Source of the DNA: Patescibacteria group bacterium
GTDB lineage: Bacteria > Patescibacteriota > Patescibacteriia > Patescibacteriales > UBA12465
Direction of reading: 5' to 3'
Length of the DNA: 64,000 bases
Assembly: GCA_034002925.1 (NCBI GenBank)
Contig: JAVEZP010000001.1
Location: 66,523 to 130,522 of the forward strand
The notes beneath the pieces were generated by a model. It had not been told where the DNA came from and searched no databases. It worked only from the letters and a program-made list of their open reading frames with translations. A program made the translations under genes and the position numbers. Shown here piece by piece: positions 59,039-64,000 of the stretch (positions are counted from its first letter, which is position 1; each line of letters starts with the position of its first letter).

Positions 59039-59112
59039 GGGCTCGTAGCTCAGCTGGTTAGAGCGTTACGTCGACATCGTAAAGGCCGCCCGTTCGAATC
59101 GGGCCGGGCCCA
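59039..59112 (+). tRNA. tRNA-Val (anticodon GAC) with C at position 33
   Basis: Acceptor gggctcg/cgggccc (one G-U). D arm gctc-agctggtta-gagc. Anticodon stem ttacg/cgtaa with loop uCGACau. T arm gcccg-ttcgaat-cgggc. Discriminator A. Confidence 0.75.
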
Positions 59113-59134
59113 CATTATTTTTTCTCTTTAATAT

Positions 59135-59551
59135 ATGCTTAAATTTTTCTCTAGCAAAAAAAATCATCTTATCAATACTGAAAACAATTCTAGTATTGGT
59201 GAATGGATAGAACAGGAACAAATCACAGAAGGACAACTATCTATTGATGTATATCAAACTAACAAAAAAATTGTTATTCAATCAACTATTGCTGGCGCTA
59301 AGGCTGAAGATTTAAAAATTTCTTTACATCACGATTTGCTCAGTATTCATGGCACCAGACAACAACCTCAAAAATTAGATGAAGATTCATATTTATATAG
59401 AGAGTGTTATTGGGGCCCATTTTCTCGCACTATTATCCTGCCCGCTGAAGTAGACAATCATAAAGTAGAGGCTGCTTTAGAAAATGGCGTTCTGACTATT
59501 ACTTTATATAAAAGTCAATCTGCTCAAATTCCTGTATCTTCTAAAAAATAA
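59135..59551 (+). CDS. Hsp20/alpha-crystallin family small heat-shock protein
   Basis: Alpha-crystallin domain pattern (LSIDVYQTNKKIVIQSTIAGAKAEDLKISLHHDLLSIHG...GPFSRTIILPAEVD...KVEAALENGVLTITL). Confidence 0.85.
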   Translation: MLKFFSSKKNHLINTENNSSIGEWIEQEQITEGQLSIDVYQTNKKIVIQSTIAGAKAEDLKISLHHDLLSIHGTRQQPQKLDEDSYLYRECYWGPFSRTIILPAEVDNHKVEAALENGVLTITLYKSQSAQIPVSSKK

Positions 59552-59552
59552 T

Positions 59553-59759
59553 ATGAAGTATCGCTTAAAAGTAATTGATTTCAGTGATGATCAAGTAGTT
59601 CTTGAAGATGAAACTAAAAACATTATTTATTGGCCTAAAGAAAAATTGCCAGAAATTCCAGAAATTGGCCAAGAAATAATTTTTTCTATTAATGAACAAA
59701 ATCATAGCCAAGATCCTAAGGAATTAATTAACGAACTTCTTAAAATAGATACTAATTAA
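59553..59759 (+). CDS. Small hypothetical protein (68 aa), translationally coupled to Hsp20
   Basis: Starts 2 nt after the Hsp20 stop. No recognisable domain. Confidence 0.4.
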   Translation: MKYRLKVIDFSDDQVVLEDETKNIIYWPKEKLPEIPEIGQEIIFSINEQNHSQDPKELINELLKIDTN

Positions 59760-59782
59760 CAACCTTTGATCTTATAACTTAT

Positions 59783-61657
59783 ATGAAGTATTCTAAAACC
59801 ACTATCATTAGCCTCACCTCTTTAATAGTGGTTTTTTTGATATTTGTAATTTTTATTTTATTGCCAAAAAAAGACAGCAATATTTTAAAAGATAATTTAT
59901 TTATTGGCACAGTTGATATTAGCAATAACACGCCTGAAGAAGCCTTGGATAAAGTGTACCAACTATGTAAAGACTTAGAAAATAAAGGCTTAAATTTACA
60001 ATATCAAGATCAAAAGATTAATATGCCCTCTCTTACCACTTCTTTTGATGCTGATTTAGCCTATCTTCTTTTTCATTGTGATCAAGATGCTCTAAACTCA
60101 CTACTAGTAGAACACAAACAAAGCATGGGGTTAACTCGCCTTTGGGAAAAATTTATTCAACAAAAAATAAAAAGAATTGAGATTCCTTTTTACTTAGATG
60201 AAACAAGAATAAAAATGTTTATCACTAGTAATTTTCAAAATCTTGAAAAAGAAGCTCTTGACGCTCGTTTTGTGTTTCAAGACAAAAAAATAGAAATTTT
60301 ACCAGAAGAATACGGACAAACAATTAATTGGGATAAAACCTTGCAGGATATTCGTTATAGCTTAAACCTTGTATCTGAGCAGCCAGTAAATATTCATACT
60401 GATATTAAAAATCCACTAATCTACAGTCAAGACCTACAAGGTCTTGAAGAAAGTGCTAAACAGTTAAGCGGACAAACATTGTCTTTGAAATTTGAAAATA
60501 AACTCTGGCCAGTCACTCAAGCAGATATTGCTACCTGGTTAGATGTCAAAAAAGAAAATGAAGAACTCATCCTCTATTTTAACACAGATAGAGTAGCTAA
60601 CTACTTGGAAATTGAATTATCACCTAAAATTAATTTAGAACCCAAAAGTCATCGTTTTGAAATTAAAGACGGTCGTATTAATAATTGGCAACCCGGGCAA
60701 GATGGTTATCAACTAGACACTAAAAATAGTGCTAAAAAAATTATCACTAGTTATAACTTAGCTAGTAGCACTGAAATAGAATTAATTGTTGATACTATTC
60801 CTCCGGCCGAAGCAGATTCTTTAAACATTAAAGATATTATTGGTACGGGACATTCAAATTTTGCTGGTTCGCCTGCTAATAGACGCCACAACATCGACAC
60901 CGGCGTAGCCGCTCTTCATGGCTTAATTATAAAAGACGGAGAAGAGTTTTCATTAGTTAAAGCTTTAGGCACTATTGATGAAAGTACTGGCTATTTGCCA
61001 GAATTAGTTATTAAAGGAGACAAGACTATTCCTGAATATGGCGGCGGTCTATGCCAGGTTGCCACCACCCTATTTAGAGCTTCATTAGCTTCCGGTTTAC
61101 CTATTACCGCCCGTCAAAATCATTCATATCGGGTTTCATATTATGAGCCAGCTGGTACCGATGCTTCTATCTATGATCCTTGGCCAGATGTCCGCTTTAT
61201 CAATGACACAGGCAATGATATCCTCATCCAAGCTAAAGTAGAGAAAGACGATGTATATTTTGATTTTTGGGGAGTGAAAGATGGACGTAAAATAAAAATC
61301 AGTGAGCCAGTAATCTATAATATTGTAGCGCCTCCTCCTACTAAAATAATTGAAAGTGAAGATTTAGCTCCAGGTGAAAAAAAATGTACCGAACGAGCCC
61401 ATGCTGGTGCCAGCGCCTACTTTGATTATACAGTCATCTATCCAGAAATTAATGAAGAAACTGGAGAAAATATAGAAAAATATCGTCGCTTTAACTCATA
61501 CTACGTTCCCTGGCAAGAAGTTTGCTTAGTCGGCAAAGAAAAAGAAATGGAACCTAATTCAGAAGAAGAAATAATAGATGACAATACAAACAATCAAACT
61601 GAAGATGTTAATAAGCAAGGCGAAGAAAATATATCCCCCAACACCACAATTGAATAA
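59783..61657 (+). CDS. VanW-domain protein with N-terminal TM anchor
   Basis: TM (IISLTSLIVVFLIFVIFILL). C-terminal VanW core (GYLPELVIKGDKTIPEYGGGLCQVATTLFRASLASGLPITARQNHSYRVSYYEPAGTDASIY...VRFINDTGNDILIQ). Confidence 0.8.
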   Translation: MKYSKTTIISLTSLIVVFLIFVIFILLPKKDSNILKDNLFIGTVDISNNTPEEALDKVYQLCKDLENKGLNLQYQDQKINMPSLTTSFDADLAYLLFHCDQDALNSLLVEHKQSMGLTRLWEKFIQQKIKRIEIPFYLDETRIKMFITSNFQNLEKEALDARFVFQDKKIEILPEEYGQTINWDKTLQDIRYSLNLVSEQPVNIHTDIKNPLIYSQDLQGLEESAKQLSGQTLSLKFENKLWPVTQADIATWLDVKKENEELILYFNTDRVANYLEIELSPKINLEPKSHRFEIKDGRINNWQPGQDGYQLDTKNSAKKIITSYNLASSTEIELIVDTIPPAEADSLNIKDIIGTGHSNFAGSPANRRHNIDTGVAALHGLIIKDGEEFSLVKALGTIDESTGYLPELVIKGDKTIPEYGGGLCQVATTLFRASLASGLPITARQNHSYRVSYYEPAGTDASIYDPWPDVRFINDTGNDILIQAKVEKDDVYFDFWGVKDGRKIKISEPVIYNIVAPPPTKIIESEDLAPGEKKCTERAHAGASAYFDYTVIYPEINEETGENIEKYRRFNSYYVPWQEVCLVGKEKEMEPNSEEEIIDDNTNNQTEDVNKQGEENISPNTTIE

Positions 61658-61668
61658 ATCACAAAATA

Positions 61669-61699
61669 AAAACTCTCTAAATTAATAGAGAGTTTTTTA
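61669..61699 (+). terminator. Rho-independent terminator after the VanW gene
   Basis: aactctcta-aattaa-tagagagtt followed by ttttt. Confidence 0.7.
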
Positions 61700-61704
61700 T
61701 TAAA

Positions 61705-61870
61705 AAAAGACCAACTAAAACGGGTAGGCAAGAAAATTTCTTCTAGGCATTACCGAGCCTGTCGTTATTACCTTAGATAAAGTAACAACGAAAGGCCCAA
61801 AAAACCCTAGTAAGGAATTCCCCATGCTTGTCGTGCCTGACCCGTTCCAATCGGCCTTTTTTTATTTTCA
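61705..61870. ncRNA. Candidate structured RNA in the convergent intergenic region (family and strand unassigned)
   Basis: Long-range pairing gggtaggca (61722-61730) with tgcctgaccc (61834-61843). Internal hairpin cgttattac-cttagataaa-gtaacaacg. Ends ggcc + T-run on the plus strand and ggtc + T-run on the minus strand. No ORF. Confidence 0.25.
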
Positions 61871-61941
61871 AAGCAACTATCCAATATATCACACAAATAA
61901 ATCTTTGTCAATACTGTTATCCACAGACAAGAAATTGAGAA

Positions 61942-62787
61942 TTAATCAAATAATTTTTGATACATAATTTGACCATTATTAGTAAAAATTCTTAAAGCAC
62001 CTAATTGATCTGTACGCCATAATAGAGCGCCAATAGCATCCAAATTGTTCAATACAATATTACTAGGATGTCCATACTTATTGTTTTTTCCAACTGAAAT
62101 TACCGCTAAATTAAGAGCTAAGGATTGTAAAAATTCCAAAGAAGAAGAACTATCTGAGCCATGATGAGAAATTTTAAGCACTTGAACTGGTTTTACTAAA
62201 GAAGATTTAAGTAAATCTAGTTCTCTCTCTGACGAAGCGTCGCCCACAGCTAAAAAACTTAAAGAGTCACACTTAAAAAATACTCCCAGCGACAGATCGT
62301 TATCATCTTTAGCGTTTAAAAACTTTTCGCTAGGAGGTAAGATACATAAAGCGCAATTAGAATTAAAAATCCAACACTCTTCTTGCTGAGGAATAAACAC
62401 TTTTTCTTTTTGATTCTTATATAACTCTAAAACAGCTTCCCCGCTAAGACGTGAGGGTAAAAATATTTTTTTAACATCATAACGTTGTAAAATTTCTGGC
62501 AATGCCATTACATGATCATCATGCGCATGAGTTAATATTAAAAAATCAATTTGTCTTTCAAAAAATGATAATGCTTTACCTAGCTGATATAAAGCTGACC
62601 AATCTGGTCCTCCATCAACTAAAATAATTTTACCATTATTAGTTTTTAATAGAAAAGAATCACCTTGCTCAACATCAAAAAAAATAATTTCTGCTTGATG
62701 GTCGTAATAAAAATTTAAATAAGAAAAAACACCAACACTAGTTATCAAAAGAAAAAATAAAAAAATTATTTTATAATTATAATTCAT
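61942..62787 (-). CDS. ComEC/Rec2-like metallo-beta-lactamase domain protein (MBL domain only) with N-terminal TM
   Basis: ILVDGGPDWSALYQLGKALSFFERQIDFLILTHAHDDHVMALPEIL (HxHxDH) matches the ComEC C-terminal MBL domain. 281 aa, with no competence-channel domain. Confidence 0.7.
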   Translation of the reverse strand: MNYNYKIIFLFFLLITSVGVFSYLNFYYDHQAEIIFFDVEQGDSFLLKTNNGKIILVDGGPDWSALYQLGKALSFFERQIDFLILTHAHDDHVMALPEILQRYDVKKIFLPSRLSGEAVLELYKNQKEKVFIPQQEECWIFNSNCALCILPPSEKFLNAKDDNDLSLGVFFKCDSLSFLAVGDASSERELDLLKSSLVKPVQVLKISHHGSDSSSSLEFLQSLALNLAVISVGKNNKYGHPSNIVLNNLDAIGALLWRTDQLGALRIFTNNGQIMYQKLFD

Positions 62788-62844
62788 ACTAATTAATCAT
62801 AACAAAACTACATTAAAATATTTTTGACAAATTGATAAGCTCAT

Positions 62845-62877
62845 ACAAAAAACACCGCCTAAACGGTGTCTTTTGTA
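62845..62877. terminator. Terminator downstream of the Lys-rich gene, bidirectional
   Basis: acaccg-cctaaa-cggtgt hairpin flanked by an A-run (minus-strand U-run) and cttttgt. Confidence 0.6.
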
Positions 62878-62902
62878 TAATTTTCAAATAAACAAGAAGA
62901 TT

Positions 62903-63118
62903 TTATTTCTTTTTAGCAACTTTCTTCACAGCTTTTTTAACAACTTTTTTAGGAGCTGCTTTTTTTACTGCCTTTTTAACAGCTTTTTTAGGAGCTGCTT
63001 TTTTAACCACCTTCTTAACGGTCTTCTTCACAGCTTTTTTAGGAGCTACTTTTTTTACTGCCTTTTTAACAGCTTTTTTAGGAGCTGCTTTTTTAACAGC
63101 TTTCTTTTTGATAGCCAT
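62903..63118 (-). CDS. Lys/Ala-rich histone H1-like nucleoid-associated protein (71 aa, tandem KKAVKKAAPKKAV repeats)
   Basis: MAIKKKAVKKAAPKKAVKKAVKKVAPKKAVKKTVKK.... A strong AGGAGGT Shine-Dalgarno 8 nt upstream of the ATG at 63116-63118. The ORF-track start 9 nt further upstream sits too close to the SD. Confidence 0.75.
   Translation of the reverse strand: MAIKKKAVKKAAPKKAVKKAVKKVAPKKAVKKTVKKVVKKAAPKKAVKKAVKKAAPKKVVKKAVKKVAKKK
62940..63100 (-). repeat. Internal direct repeats in the H1-like gene: ~50-nt near-identical copies 98 nt apart plus 15-nt sub-repeats
   Basis: gct(g/a)ctttttttactgcctttttaacagcttttttaggagctgcttttttaac occurs at about 62945-62998 and 63043-63098. Confidence 0.75.
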
Positions 63119-63210
63119 ATTGTTCACCTCCTTTCTGGGAAATTTCCCATGTTATATTTTTTAAAAAAATAAAAAAATTTTTTTAAAAATAATTTTTCTT
63201 AATTACTTAT

Positions 63211-63239
63211 ATTATACTCTGTTAAAAATTTTATAGCAA
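63211..63239 (-). promoter_or_regulatory. Consensus-like promoter (TTGCTA-N17-TATAAT) for the H1-like gene
   Basis: On the minus strand: ttgcta (plus-strand 63234-63239), 17-nt spacer, tataat (plus-strand 63211-63216), about 90 nt upstream of the start. Confidence 0.5.
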
Positions 63240-63251
63240 TAGTTAGAAGCA

Positions 63252-63288
63252 AAAAAAATAAAATAAAAAAGAGCATAAAGCTCTTTTT
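63252..63288 (-). terminator. Rho-independent terminator of glyQS
   Basis: agagc-ataaa-gctct hairpin. On the minus strand it is followed by a long U-run (plus-strand A-run at 63252-63270). Confidence 0.65.
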
Positions 63289-63310
63289 ATAAAATCAAAT
63301 TAATATTTTG

Positions 63311-64000
63311 TTAAATTATTTTTTCAAAAAAATATTTTTCTAACTCATCTAACTTTATTTTTTCTTGTTGCATTGAATCACGATGACGAATAGTAACTTC
63401 ATTATTTTCTAAAGTATCAAAATCAACTGTTAAACAAAAAGGAGTTCCAATTTCATCTTGACGACGATACCGTTTACCAATATTACCATTATCATCAAAC
63501 TCACAACGCCAATGTTTTTTTAATTGCTCAAAAATAATTCTTGCCTTACCAACTAACTCCGCTTTATTTTTTAATAAAGGAAAAACTGCGATTTTAATTG
63601 GCGCTAATGTAGGTGGAAAAGCTAACACTACACGATTATCACCATCAATTTCTTCTTCTTGATAAAATTCTACTAAGGCGGCCAAGAAAGTACGACCGAC
63701 TCCAGCTGAAGTTTCCACCACATGAGGAATATATTTTTCATTAGTAGTAGCGTCGTGATAATTTAAAGCTGCGCCCGAGGCTTTGCTGTGAGCAGATAAA
63801 TCATAATCTCCACGAGCATGAACTCCTTCTAATTCTTTAAAACCGAAAGGGAAATTATATTCTATGTCATAAGCTTCCTTGGCATAAAAAACTAAATTTT
63901 CATGTTTATGCCAACGTAAATTTTCTTCTTTAAAACCAAGTTTTAAATAAAAATTCCAACGTAACTCTCGCCACTGTTCATAATATTTTAAATCATCTCC
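63311..64000 (-). CDS. glyQS: Glycyl-tRNA synthetase (alpha2-type GlyQS), C-terminal part; gene continues past the right edge of the window
   Basis: The ORF track starts at an internal GTG at 63721. Hand translation of the same frame stays open to position 64000 (...LRWHKHENLVFYAKEAYDIEYNFPFGFKELEGVHARGDYDLSAHSKASGAALNYHDATTNEKYIPHVVETSAGVGR...). The C-terminal anticodon-binding domain includes GKRYRRQDEIGTPFCLTVDFDTL. Confidence 0.85.
   Translation of the reverse strand, partial: GDDLKYYEQWRELRWNFYLKLGFKEENLRWHKHENLVFYAKEAYDIEYNFPFGFKELEGVHARGDYDLSAHSKASGAALNYHDATTNEKYIPHVVETSAGVGRTFLAALVEFYQEEEIDGDNRVVLAFPPTLAPIKIAVFPLLKNKAELVGKARIIFEQLKKHWRCEFDDNGNIGKRYRRQDEIGTPFCLTVDFDTLENNEVTIRHRDSMQQEKIKLDELEKYFFEKII

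Noticed and set aside
61705-61870. SRP (4.5S) RNA, tmRNA or RNase P RNA identity for the structured intergenic element
   Set aside because: The conserved SRP domain IV motifs (GGAA tetraloop with AGGAAGCAGC), the tmRNA tRNA-like ends, and RNase P P4 sequences are not present. Left as an unassigned candidate.
62873-63172. Plus-strand ORF with FFRSCFF repeats
   Set aside because: It is the antisense of the Lys/Ala-repeat H1-like gene, which has the SD, promoter and terminator. The plus frame has none of these.

Overview
This 64 kb window is AT-rich and gene-dense, and reads like a streamlined Patescibacteria/CPR-type genome segment. Long conserved proteins (gyrA, valS, pheT, topA) read through intact under the standard code, so UGA recoding is unlikely. 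The divergent 16S, the lack of Shine-Dalgarno sequences on many genes and the large Cys-rich secreted proteins fit that assignment.

Housekeeping content: a truncated Rel/RSH, rpsU, hisS, lepB, queA, ruvB, a UvrD-like helicase-nuclease, an M16 peptidase, radC, rmuC, gyrA, ndk, trpS and trpB behind a T-box leader, an LCP-family protein, der, pth, topA, pheST, valS, a DHH phosphoesterase, Hsp20, a VanW protein, a ComEC MBL-domain protein, and a partial glyQS at the right edge.

RNA genes: a stand-alone 16S rRNA with no 23S/5S nearby, and five tRNAs: Pro-GGG, Ala-CGC, Pro-CGG, an Ile-type tRNA with anticodon UAU, and Val-GAC with an unusual C33.

The most distinctive region is a ~13 kb minus-strand block (405..13403). 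It encodes a membrane-anchored protein with thrombospondin-type-3 Ca-binding repeats, a small membrane protein, a 1058-aa Cys-rich secreted protein with a C-terminal FISUMP-like domain, and two giant paralogous Cys/Ser/Thr/Asn-rich proteins (1953 and 891 aa). Both giants share a ~130-aa N-terminal module: signal peptide plus two transmembrane helices flanking a short charged loop, a VirB2/TrbC pilin-like topology. I read this block as a candidate cell-surface appendage or attachment system.

Other notable items: a Trp-type T-box leader upstream of trpB-trpS with no trpA partner, a highly repetitive Lys/Ala-rich H1-like gene, a long hairpin element after pth, and an unassigned structured intergenic element at 61.7 kb. 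I found no CRISPR array, transposase or integrase.
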